Positions 38,301 through 49,051 of a stretch of DNA of 64,000 nt are shown in pieces; the first letter of the stretch is position 1, and the number at the start of each line of letters is the position of its first letter. This DNA is from Lama guanicoe (Eukaryota). Made by a program: the position numbers and the translations under genes. The DNA is taken from NCBI GenBank assembly GCA_013239625.1, contig MU054391.1, forward strand, positions 310,001-374,000. Direction: 5' to 3'. The notes below the pieces were generated by a model. The model saw only the letters and a program-made list of their open reading frames with translations, had not been told where the DNA came from and did not search any database.

Positions 38301-40748
38301 AGACTCAAGGTGGCCGAGGCTGTAGGACCCAGGGCATCAGGCGACTGTGAGAGTGAGGGACCCAGGGGGGCGGGGGCTGGCAAACCCCAAGGCTTTGATG
38401 CCGACCGTGACCTCAGTGCAGCCGCGTGGTCCAGGGAGGGAACTTCCCCTCTGCTGGCAAGGGGCTCCCCAGGTGGGTGCGCCCTGCTTGGGGGAGCTGC
38501 CTCCTGGGGGACCGTCCTTGGTTGGGACAAGGTGCGTGTGTGTGTCCCTTGGGGGGATTCTGGCTGTGGAGACACAAACGGCGGAGCGCTGATGCCCAAG
38601 AGCCCCAGCATCCCTGGTGATGGGTAAACAGGCCCCAGCGCGGGCAGCTCTGGTGACGTGGCAGAGTGGCCCCCGCTCTGAGCTCTGCGGGTCCCCCTCA
38701 GCCCCCTGGGGTCCGGGGCTGAGGGCCACACGGCCAGCGCCCCGGCTGGGTTGGACCGCCTTATCCAGGGTCCGGGGGGGCCCGCACTCGGGCCTTGCTG
38801 CATAATACATGCTTGATGAGAATTCGCTCCTCACCCCATCGCCTCTGGCTCACAGCAGACACATCTGGGTTTCTATCACGCCCTCCCCCCAAGAGCAGAG
38901 CTACCCTGGGCCCTCTGGACAGTCCCCAAGGAGCGGCTGCAGTGAGGTCAATGCTGGTGGCATAGCCAGGCCGAGAATCTTCCAGAAATGACAGACCGTC
39001 CTCAAGGACAGGGCAACAGCCAGCCACCCGAGTAATAAAGATACTTCCTTAAACACGGTGATGTTTTCAACAAAGACTCTGAAACAATTAAAAAACAAGC
39101 AAGCAATACGTGCAAAAAAGAGCAGAAAACAAGCTAACCTGCCACGCGTTCTCAGGCACAAGCATTGCTTTCCCCTGAAATTGCGGTTTGGATTAATTCC
39201 ATCAATTTACATGTAAATCTGGATTTCTAGCCTTTATATTGTAACACAAACAACCAAACTTCTACCTTGTTATTTTTTTTTTTGAAGTTGAATCTTGGGA
39301 AAATTCCAGGTCTTATTTTCTCTTTTAGCTTCTGTCAGAAATCACCTGGCCTTTCCCTGTTGTACAAACTCGAGTCTCTGCATCTGAGGTGACAGGGCAT
39401 TGCTGGTTCTGCAGCCCGAGAGCATGACTCCCGACCAGCCTCTGCCTCCCTCATCTGCTAGAGCAGGGGGTCAGTCTGTGCTCTGCTCCCCTAATTCCTG
39501 CTCGTTTTGCTGCATCATGATTCAGGTTGGATGCCCTCACCCCGACGGACCTCACAGTTCCCCGTCTCTGCAGCCCTGGATGCCCCCACCCCAACGGACA
39601 TCCTCCGATGAACATGCACCCCCACCCTGACACACAGGTCTTCTGACTCTGCCTCCCCGAGTGGCTTCAAACTCATCAGATTCAGTTCCAGTTATTGGCC
39701 TTTCTTCTAGTTTTGTTGCATAAAAACTAGAAAAAACGCTGGCATTTCTAGACCGTGTACCTTGAAGTGTAAGCGTCAGGGTTAACCTTGGAACAGAAGC
39801 ACCCATTCGCTGGAACTTGGTTAAAAGCGGCTGGTGGGACCAAGCCTCAGGCCACTCCCGCTCTCAGGTGAGCCCAGGTTCTGATGAGGCGTCCCTGTGA
39901 TCTCATCACTTTCCCTCTAGAGTGGTGACCACACGGGCGTCATACACCGTCCACGGTCAGGCAGGACGCATGTGAACAGCTGAAGCGGACGGCAGGCTGG
40001 TCCCACTTAAGTCACGCAGGAGCTGGAGACTCAGGGACGAAGTCCCCACCTGGTGCTCCAGGCCTTGGGCTCAGCCGGAACCACTCTGCGTGTTTACTCG
40101 GCTCATCAGGCCAAACTCAGTGCCAGCCCTGTAACAGACACGGAGGTTGGGAGGCCAGTGAGGCGGCCCCCTCCCACCCCCCACCTCCCAGGACCGAGCG
40201 GTCGGAGCCTGGGATGAGGCAGGTGACCGTCAGCTTCCAACTCACACCTACCACCGAGAGGGACTCCGTGGTCTGAGTTCTTCGGCGCAGGGCCAGACCT
40301 TCATCTCTGCTCCCAGGGCCCTGGGCCCCGCCCACAGTGGGTGAGTAATGAACTCCCATGTTTTCCACCCGGGGGTCTGCTGGGCCGGGGACACACTCCT
40401 CACCAACAGCCTGTCACCCCTCACACCCCTTTCCTGACTTCCTCCGCCTACTGACATGGTGTCCTGAGACGAGAAGACAGGCTAGGGGACTGAGGGGGAC
40501 CAGGAACAGGCTGCGTGCGGCCGCAGGTGAGCGCTGTCCACGATCTCCCGTTGCCCGCGTGCGTGTGCACACGTGTGTGCGCATCTGGGACCCAGCGTGA
40601 CTTGGGCACTGTCAACCTGGTTCACGTGAAGAAGGGGAACCACGCCCGCTAGTCCTGACCGGCTCCCTCTAGCTGGGACAGCAGGCTTCCATCAAAGACG
40701 CCAGCCTCCCGGGCGGGCGACCGCCGGCTGGACGCCGGCCTCGGTGCA

Positions 40749-40767
40749 TCAGCGCCCCCTGGAGGCC
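40749..40767 (-). promoter_or_regulatory. CTCF binding motif
   Basis: Minus strand reads GGCCTCCAGGGGGCGCTGA, close to the CTCF core CCASYAGRKGGCRSY. It lies in a small CpG cluster. Confidence 0.65.
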
Positions 40768-42840
40768 TTGTGAAAACACTGCCATTTAGACAAGGATTTG
40801 AGGAATAATGTGCCCCTGACACTGGCATGTGTTTTCTGAAAACTGACTTAGCAAGTCACCAACTGCCATGGAATGTCAGTAGATTTTGACTCCACTTCAC
40901 TTGTTGGACCTTATTCCGAGTCAGTAATTGACATGCTGACGAGCGCCTCTGAAGCTGCAGATTTCCGTTGACCGTGTTCATTTTAAAGAGCGCCGCGCCT
41001 CCAACACCAAGAACCGGCTCAGTGAACTGAACTTGCCCCCGTACAGCACGGCTCCCACACTGTACACAGTGGTCGCTGAAAATTATGTTCCATACTGAAA
41101 TATGGCCACGGCAAAAGGGATTGAGAAGATCACAGAAAGGAGACTTTAAGGAAAAAACGAGGCAGTGAATGGGTACCTGCAAATACCCCGAGATCATACA
41201 AGAAGAAACAACGAAGCACAAAGGCAGGTCTCAGGTCACGGGGCTGGGGCCGACTCCGCGTGAGGCCGAGTGTGGAGTCTGGGGGCCCGGGCGGCCTCAG
41301 CGTGGCCCCTGCGAGGCTGTCAGTGGGCTGCCTGCCCCCGTGGCCCAGCTTCCCGTGCGTGGACTGGAGGCCTGGCCCGGCCCTGGCTTGTGTTGTGTGC
41401 TCTCCAATGAGGCTCTGACTCCACGATGTAACAGCCAGGAGTTTTCACAAACTGAAGAAAGGTTCTCAGCCTGAGACCTGGTTAGGACACAACAGCTGAA
41501 CTCAGAACGTGAGGGTACAAGCCCGAGACCACGTTTTACCCACGAGGCAGCGAAACCCAGGGGCGGGGCCCTGGGCTGCGAGGACAGGGGATACAGATCG
41601 ATCCCAGCCCAGGTCTCCGTGGAGACGTGCTGCCTGGTCCAGGCAACGCGACCTCACCCAGCGTCCCGCTACCACCTGCCTCCCCCGAAGCCCTGGGAAA
41701 CACCTCTGCATTCTTTTGCGACTCCCCATCAAACTTTTTAATTTTTAAAGCTCTACAGCACGTTTGGGTAAGGGGTGAGAAGATGCTGACGTCTCAGCAC
41801 GACGTCTCACTGTAAGGGACTCACTCAGGTCCGCGTGCCGCCTGTCCACACCGAGGAAAGCGAGTTTCTCTTCCTCAAGTCCAGTGTCAGACACTGGATC
41901 AAGGGGCCCCAGCAGCACGGGTGCGGCCAGCCCTCTGGGAGCCCCTTTCCGTTTACAGAGTCAAAACCGAGTGCAGTTGTGCAGAAAAAACATACCACGT
42001 ATCGTTACATACACACTTCACTTCACAACGGATGAGGCGTCAAGGATCTGGGGTATGCAAAGTACACGTTCACCATGAAAGTCCTCTCCTCCTGTTCATA
42101 AAGACAACAAAACCTGCGCTCTCCTGCAGCCTGCCACGGGGCCTCCAGCGGCGCCTGCTCCCCCAGGGCTCCACCAAGCACAGCAGCCTCGTGCACCCCA
42201 AACCCTCTAAAGGGCTCACACTCCAGACACATCACGTAACTGTCTGGGACGACTGCAGCTGGGAGGGTTTCCCCGAGTGCAAGGACAGCGAAGTATCTGC
42301 TAACACTGTAATTTAAGTCACTGATCATGAACTTTCTAAAAACAGTTAAAAAACAAAGTTTGTGTTCATGAAACAGGACATAACTGTTCCAAAAAAACTA
42401 CCCACACCAGTGAAGGAAAGGCCCCCGGTCTTGTCTTTAGATCGAGTCCCTAACACCTGATTCATGCAAAGTTAACAGTATTATCACACTATTCTCACAG
42501 GAAAAATGAGATTCAGTCAGCCAGTCCCGATTTACAGCCCGAGTAACTGTGGGAAATGAAAAGGCCCCCACGACCTCTGTGTGGCCCAGGCCGAGGCCAG
42601 GACGTCTCCACGAGGGTTCCTGTCCCTGGTCACCAGCCACCCGCCCGCAGCCCTCCCACCACCCCACTCATGGGTGACCCGCCAGCCCGTCCTGCTCTCT
42701 GAGAAATTACTTGTGATACAGTGGACTCTTCTGAAGCCACAATACCATGAAACATCCTGGACTGGTCATTTTCAGAAATGCGTAACTAAGTCTGCTGTCA
42801 GGTACAAGGAATTCAAAAGTTGACTTCACAAGGGAGGCTG

Positions 42841-42846
42841 TTTATT
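42841..42846 (-). terminator. Candidate distal polyadenylation signal of TMEM18
   Basis: Second AATAAA on -, about 1 kb after the stop, at the end of an AT-rich 3'UTR-like stretch (42850-43200). Confidence 0.4.
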
Positions 42847-43695
42847 AAGTCATTTTAAGAAATGCTCAATATAAAAGTTTAACACCTCAAAAAGGGGCTG
42901 GAAAAATACCAGGTTAAACACCCCCGTATCTAGGAAGCTCCATCTGCTCCCTTCTAAAGCTGAGGTCAAATTTCAGGAAATAATTTCTCTACTAAGAGTT
43001 TACAATTGTCTATAAAAACATTATGTATCTGGATTTCAACGTTTAATTTCATAATCTACCAAAATGTCGCCTTTTGAGCTGCTAAATATAAATGCTTTCA
43101 TATGAACCACTTTTTTTCTTTTTGAATTTCGAAGAATATAACTTAAGAGAAAAAAAATCTTGTTAGAATTAAGAGAACTATTCACAAACTGCTTTTCAAA
43201 CCAAATCGGGAGCCACAGTGCTCTCTGTGGGTCGCTGTGTTCTAGCAGCGTGGGCCTGTGCTCGCCTCTCACCATCCAGTGGCAGCCCCAGCCCCGATAG
43301 GAGTCGGCCTGGGCACAGGGACCACAGGAACCGTGCACCTGCTCTAAGGACACCAACGCCCAGAGTGCCCGCGAGCAGAAGAGCTGAGACGCAGGAGCAC
43401 GACTGACCTTAGTATCTGCCGTAACCTGTCAGCTGAGGCAGGTGAACACTGACTATTCTTACTTGGAACTTTCCAGCCTGAGAAATGACTCAGGGGTTCA
43501 CGCAGCTGCTGCAGAGAGGCGAACACTGCACGGACCAGGCCGGGTGAGGAGGTGACGGGGGTGACACAGCGTGACAGGGTGACGGAGGGGCCTTGCCTGG
43601 ACTGCACTGTCTACGACTCAGTCAACCTCTTCACACTGACTGGCTGTTTTACAACCAATACCAGACACAGGAACACTGTGCCCAGGTAGCAATGG

Positions 43696-43701
43696 TTTAT
43701 T
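43696..43701 (-). terminator. Proximal polyadenylation signal (AATAAA) of TMEM18
   Basis: TTTATT on + is AATAAA on -, about 160 nt after the stop codon. A GU-rich tract follows on - (GTGTTCCTGTGTCTGGTATTGGTTGT). Confidence 0.65.
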
Positions 43702-43859
43702 TACAGTTGAACCAGAGACTGAACACCCCTTGGTCAGACACAGGCCTGGCGAGCGCCACGGCGGACACGAAGTCAAATGTGTCTTAAACGCTGACCACAG
43801 CCTGCTGGAGGAGCGGACGGTCCTAGGAAGACGTCTCCAGGGCGCAGCCCGGCGGGTCG

Positions 43860-43949
43860 TCACTCCTCCTTCCGCAGCCTCTCCCGCCGCCTCTCCCGCA
43901 AGCCCCTCAGCTCGGTCATCACGCTCAGGGTCTTGCGCACCCACAGGAC
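43860..43949 (-). CDS. TMEM18: TMEM18 coding exon 5 ([29 protein letters not shown])
   Basis: Acceptor TTCTCTCTAG|GTC after an 80-nt intron. 30 codons ending in TGA at 43862-43860. Basic C-terminal tail. Total CDS 57+121+55+94+90 = 417 nt. Confidence 0.95.
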   Translation of the reverse strand, partial: VLWVRKTLSVMTELRGLRERRRERLRKEE

Positions 43950-44029
43950 CTAGAGAGAACCGTGGGAGATGCACTTAGAACAGGGGCGTGCCCCTCGGAG
44001 ACGGCAGAGGCCGGGAGCCTGGCACGTAC

Positions 44030-44123
44030 CACAATGACCGCGGCGTTGAGCAGCAAGGGCGCTGAGAACACTAAGGAGACGAACATGCCCCTCGAGTCGA
44101 AGTACTGGTATTTTGAAAACAGC
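44030..44123 (-). CDS. TMEM18: TMEM18 coding exon 4 ([31 protein letters not shown])
   Basis: Acceptor GAAACAG|G and donor GTG|GTACGT. 94 nt. Contains the family signature [13 protein letters not shown]. Confidence 0.97.
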
Positions 44124-45438
44124 CTGTTTCAAGGAAGAAATTAACGGTTACCTGGGGGAACAAAACGGCATTACTGTATATTCTTCGTCTCACACGTTTT
44201 GGGGGGCCCTCGGTGAGGGCAGGACAGCCCACCCTAGGTCCAGAGCCACCCACATGTCTTTTAGGATCTGGACCCTGGACTGCGCTGCCTGGTCTGGAGA
44301 GGATGCAGGGACCCCTCAGCAAAGACACAGGACCCGTGTGCACAGGCAGACAGGTGGGGCAGATGCCCTGCACACGACGTGGCCCTTCCTAACCCCGTGG
44401 GGTAAAGACCCTGTGGCCGCTACGAGGGGCAGGAGCCGCTCCAGGCGCAGGGACAGCTGCCCCAACGCCGCGGCTGGGCCACCTGTCACAGCAGGTGGAG
44501 GGGATCACCACGTCCGGGCACGGCTGTCTTCGGGCAACCCACTCACAACGTCAGTGACAGTCACGAAGCACCGCCCATAGCCCGGCCACGGCACCAAGGG
44601 GCGGACAGCGGGCAGGCGGAGCCCTGCGCTCGGAGCTGTTGGAGGGCAGCGGCTCAGACAACCGGGGTGGTGGGAAGCTGTGTCCTGATCACACTCAGAG
44701 GAAAGGAAGCAGGGATGGCCTGCAGAATGTGCATGTGGGCGCAAGGACGGCTAAACACAGGCTTGAGGACCCAACAGGGCCCAGGGGCTGTGACTCTACT
44801 CTGAGGCCTGTGGGGTCAGGATGCTGATGGACAGGCCTTGTCACCCACAGGCAGCCGGGATGGCGGGGGAAAGGCTGTGCTCCCCTGCCCACTTGTTTCA
44901 AAGGCAGAGGCCACATGACCACCCAAGGGTTCCTGTGTCACCTGCAGGTCTGTTCTAGGAAGCCAGGAGGAGAAGCCGCCCCGGGAGAAGAGATGGCTTG
45001 GGGCAGGTGCAGATGGAGTGGGGATCGGGGAGGGGGGGTAGGATGACTTTATGATGTTTACTGGACATGGTGTGGGCTGCCCAGGTGGTAACACAGTCTG
45101 GCGTCTGGAGACCAGAGCAGGAAAGGACCAGAGGAGAGGGCACTGGCAGGGAAAAAGGCGGATCCCAGCTAGCGGCCTAGAAACCAGGGAACTAGCGTTT
45201 TCAGGACTAAGGAAACAATGGACGGATCACAAGAGCACCTCCACCTCAAGGTGGGGCGTGAGCGCGGTGGGCTGGGAGGATGGGCACCACCACCGCTCAG
45301 GTCTCCTCGTTAAGCAGCCGGAGACACAGGCAGGGGACAGAGAGGGCATTTGCAGAAGGAGAACTGAACGTCTCTGAGCATGTCCTTCAGCTGATGGGCG
45401 TGGTTTCAGACATAGTCACCATGCCCAGGCACGGTTAC

Positions 45439-45493
45439 CTCCAGTTCATCGCGGCCACTTCATTGATGTACTCGGCACAGTAGACCAGGATCA
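45439..45493 (-). CDS. TMEM18: TMEM18 coding exon 3 (VILVYCAEYINEVAAMNWR)
   Basis: Acceptor TTCTCCAG|TG and donor AG|GTAACC. 55 nt. Contains the YCAEYINE..AAMNW motif. Confidence 0.97.
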
Positions 45494-46214
45494 CTGGAGA
45501 AGAGGAACCACGCGCCAGAAGTCAGATGATGGCCAACCAGTGTGGCGTTACATGCTCTTTACAAAGAATATTTAACACACGTGTAACAGAACAGCATGAG
45601 TTTGACTAGACACGTAATTTCCATCTCAGATACAATGTTATGAAGGAACATTACAACGCTGTAAAATGAGACAGAAGGAAACCAAGGTGAACACAGGCCA
45701 GCTGGTGGTCTCCGTGGAAGGGGGCCCACCCTCAGCAGGAGCAGGCCAGGCTGGGCTGCCCGCCAACCCCCCAGCAGTGCTGGCAGCCAAGACCCAAGAC
45801 AGGGGAGAGATAGCCGACCCAAGGGCAACCAGAGCAGCAGGAACAGCCTGGACCCCCAGGTCTGCTCCACAGGGACCAGTCCCACTCAGGGCAAGGGAGC
45901 ATGGGAGTGGGGCTCACCCCAACCCGGGCAAGAGGACGTGGGCTGCCCAGCACACGCTGCTCCCGCACTGGAGAGAGCGCAGGGCGGCGACCAGGAACTT
46001 GGCGCCTGAGTCTCAGCCCCGGGAAAGCGTGCAAGCCCTCCGTTCGCTCCTGGTGTGAAACCGGAAGCCTCCTGACGCCTCCCTCCAGGACTGGACCCCA
46101 AGACGCATGCCAAGGAAGCAAAAGAAGGGAGACGGGAGAGAAGCAGAGGGGCTGGTGGGCAGGGGGCCCCTCCCCGCTGATGAGGTATGCATGTCGACCT
46201 GCCACCCACTCAGG

Positions 46215-46330
46215 ACCTAGGCTTAGTCAACCGATCTGAGCCTCGTCTGTAAAACTGCAGCAAAAAATGCCCAAATCGTCCATGGGTCTGAGAATCAAAC
46301 GAGCATCAGGTCTGTACATGCACTGAGAAC
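46215..46330 (+). mobile_element. MIR fragment (TMEM18 intron 2)
   Basis: TCTGAGCCTC...TCTGTAAAA...TGAGAATCAAACGAG resembles the MIR core. Confidence 0.55.
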
Positions 46331-46429
46331 AGCCTCTATCATCCCGAGCATGAAACTCCCCCCTCTTCATCCTAGAAAACAAACCCACATGAAGCTCCCA
46401 GGTTCACAAAACTGTTCCAGTCTCAGCTC

Positions 46430-46740
46430 CTGGGAGGGGCTGTCACCTTTCTTCCTGCCTCGGGGCCTTTGCACATGCTGTTCCCAGGCATGGAGTGCCC
46501 CTTCCGCCCTTGCACAATCGCTGCCTGACTCGCTCCTGCCCATCCTTCCCACCCCAGTGTAAACGATCCGGCAGGGACCCACAGCAGGCCCCCTCCGGGG
46601 TCTCACAGTGCTCCTGCCTTCCTGCCCTGGTGCTCAGCAGGGCTGTGGTTGCTCAGTGGAGGCGGAGCCCCACCTATCCCATAAGGCTCAGGCGCCATCT
46701 GCTCTGCTCACCCCTGCAGCCCCAGCGTCCCTTACTATGG
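46430..46740 (+). mobile_element. L2 fragment (TMEM18 intron 2)
   Basis: CCTGCCTCGGGGCCTTTGCACATGCTGTTCCC is a hallmark L2 motif. Confidence 0.7.
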
Positions 46741-47592
46741 CTCTCACGTGAAGAAATGAAGTGCTATCCACCCCGACCATACATGTTCCTGTGACGCAGA
46801 CTGCCTCACTCCTGTCTTAAGGTAACCTCTTGTTTGGAACTCACACCTTGCTCAAGGTCAAGTGAAAAATCACATTTCAGATTAGGTTTTGCATTTTGTT
46901 AAACTACCAAGCGAAAGTTTAGTGTCTTCCCAAGGTCCACAAGATTAACAGCCTTGGTCCAGCCGCTGAGGTCCTGGCCCACCCTTCCTATGGGAGAATA
47001 CTGCCAACTATTCTGCATCAGAAATGCGGTTTCTCTGACACTTGACCCACTCTTTCTGCCCAACACCCCCTGTGCTCTGATGGGGTGCCTGGGTCAGACA
47101 TCTGTCCCTTATCTCACCTAAGAAAAAGAAATTTTAATCACTCTTTATACCCCCTTCCATGATTTTATTTTCTCTGTGTAACCTTTCTCAATGATTCCAC
47201 CCATCTCGGTTCCCCTTCAGATCCCTGTAGGTCTTAATCTTTAAAACTGATTTGGGCGACGTTATTTTATGCCCAGAACAGAGCAGGCAGTGCACTGAAG
47301 CCCACAGAGGAGAGCACCTTGTACAGAGCGCTTCACCAAACCAAACTCTTCTTTGTGTAACAGGTGTTCAGCACCCTCTTGGGAACAGCAGGTGCTCCTC
47401 CAGAGTCCCTTCAAATCCAGGATCCGAAACACACTTCATAATGCCCAAGAGTGGAACCTGGGTGTGCCCTGAAACCAGAGCAGGACACGTGACAGGAGGG
47501 CCGGGAGGTCTTAAAAATCTCATCACGTGGTGAGGCTACAGAGAAAACACGCACACAGCCATCGGAGCCACGGGACTGCTGATTCTACTCAC

Positions 47593-47713
47593 CCAGGCAC
47601 AGGAAGTGCCCGACCTGCAGCTTGTACCTCTGGGACGAGAAACACGTGAGCAGCAGGCAGAACACGTGGAAGACGGCCAGGCCCACGAGCCACGGCTCCG
47701 TCCAGTCTGTCTG
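47593..47713 (-). CDS. TMEM18: TMEM18 coding exon 2 ([40 protein letters not shown])
   Basis: Acceptor TCCTGCAG|CAG and donor G|GTGAGT. 121 nt, in frame with exons 1 and 3. Contains the TMEM18 motifs DWTEPWL and GHFLCL. Confidence 0.97.
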
Positions 47714-48280
47714 CTGCAGGACACACGAGAAACTCGTCAGGCCTCCCAGAACACGGGGAGGGGGGCAGGGAGCCCTCCTGCACCCGCGTCCGGCGTCCAC
47801 ACGGGGCGGAGAGCTGTGCTGCCTGTTGAACGGAATCGCGCGGCAGGCCGGGAGAGCCTGAAGACCAGCCCCCGTGCGGACAGGAGGAAGCGGACTCCGG
47901 GGTCAGGCACGCACTCGGTTACCCCGGGGTTCCGGCTCCGCAGACCAGGGACTAAGGCCTCGGGAAATCCGGGCCGCCCTAGTTCGCAAGACGTGTTTTT
48001 TACTGGCCGTTCTGCCACACACCCCGCCCTCCAGACACTGCTGCGACTCGAGTCTGCTCCGCCCTGGGTGGACACGTCCTCATGGTAGAACGCGGGCCCC
48101 TCCCTAGGCGAGGGCCCCCCTGGGGGGACGGGGGCCGGAGGAGCAGCCCGCGCCCAACCACTCTGCCCACCGCGGGTCCGCTCTGCCCGGACCTTCCCGC
48201 GCCCCGACGCGGGAAGCATCCCCGCGGCCCGGCCCCGCCCCAGGCCCCACCCTCTACACCCCGCCCACCAAGGCAAGCCT

Positions 48281-48297
48281 NNNNNNNNNNNNNNNNN
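48281..48297. other. Assembly gap (17 N) in TMEM18 intron 1
   Basis: N run within the GC-rich CpG island. Confidence 0.95.
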
Positions 48298-48396
48298 TAC
48301 CCCCCCAAGCCCCGTCCGTTCATGGCGGACGCCGGGAAGTGGGAGCAACCCCAACCGCCAGCGGCCGAACTGGCGGCCAAGGAGGCTGCGAGTTAC

Positions 48397-48453
48397 CGTG
48401 ATCACGGCGGGGATGCTGACGGGGAACGAGCTGACTGAGAATGCGGACGGCAT
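48397..48453 (-). CDS. TMEM18: TMEM18 coding exon 1 (MPSAFSVSSFPVSIPAVIT)
   Basis: ATG at 48453 in the context GGGACG-ATG-C. The 19 codons match the remembered TMEM18 N-terminus MPSAFSVSSFPVSIPAV. Donor GTAACT follows at 48396, phase 0. Confidence 0.97.
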
Positions 48454-48777
48454 CGTCCCTGGAAAGGCCGAGCCTCAACACCACCTTTTTGTCTTCCCCG
48501 CCCCTCCCGGATAGGACAAAGAAGGCCTCTGGCGTCCTCTCGCGAAATCTCCGTTTCTCGCGGTGCCTGCTGTGTCCGGAAGCGGGAGCTATGCACCCTG
48601 CAATCTCGCGACATCTCCAGTCCCCGGGACCTTGCCCAAATCTCGCGTTAGTCCGTGGCGTTAAAGTAAATATAAGGCGGTTACAAGCAGGCTCTAGGAT
48701 TGTCTTTCCCACCAAGCCGCGGCGCCGTGGCGTCTTCAGTTCTTCCACTGCGGCTGGGGATGCGGGGCATCGCCCAG

Positions 48778-48975
48778 GTGAGAGACCCGGATCCCGGAGG
48801 ACAGGAGGGAGTGACCTAGACCCCGGGGACACAGGGGACAGTGAGCTGGACTCTGAGGGACAGAAGGGGGGGTGACCTGGACCCCGGGGGGACAGAGGAG
48901 GCAGTGCTCTGGATTCTTAGAATACAGGGGACCGTGACCTCGACCCCAGGGGCTGCAGAGGGACCGAGGGGACAG
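48778..48975. repeat. Degenerate ~30-32 bp minisatellite upstream of TMEM18
   Basis: Units GTGACCTAGACCCCGGGGACACAGGGGACA / GTGAGCTGGACTCTGAGGGACAGAAGGGGG / GTGACCTGGACCCCGGGGGGACAGAGGAGGCA / GTGCTCTGGATTCTTAGAATACAGGGGACC / GTGACCTCGACCCCAGGGG. Confidence 0.8.
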
Positions 48976-49051
48976 TCCCCCAGAAGCCAGGGTTTCCAGA
49001 ACTCCCTCTGCCCTCAGCTCTAACAGTGGGTGCTGATTGCCTCTAGCTGAC

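Larger units (their letters stand above)
47750..48800. promoter_or_regulatory. TMEM18 promoter CpG island
   Basis: Dense CpG spanning exon 1. GC box CCCCGCCCC at 48496-48504, ETS core CCGGAAG at 48576-48582, and TCTCGCG at 48538, 48556, 48604 and 48641. Confidence 0.9.

Noticed and set aside
27800-38900. Many overlapping 100-200 aa ORFs on both strands
   Set aside because: They are rich in Pro/Gly/Arg/Ala, often have non-ATG starts and show no recognisable domains. This is expected from stop-codon scarcity in GC-rich DNA.
47368-47390. REST/RE1-like TTCAGCACC half site
   Set aside because: The right half (GGACAG) and the spacing do not fit the consensus.
47737-48453. 238-aa ORF starting at the TMEM18 ATG
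   Set aside because: It is read-through of exon 1 into GC-rich intron 1 across an N gap. Homology stops at the GT donor at 48396.
48402-48614. Out-of-frame upstream ATG ORF overlapping the TMEM18 start
   Set aside because: The ATG lies among promoter motifs, probably upstream of the transcription start. No transcript evidence is available.
48778-48975. CRISPR-like repeat periodicity
   Set aside because: These are degenerate tandem units without unique spacers in mammalian DNA, i.e. a minisatellite.
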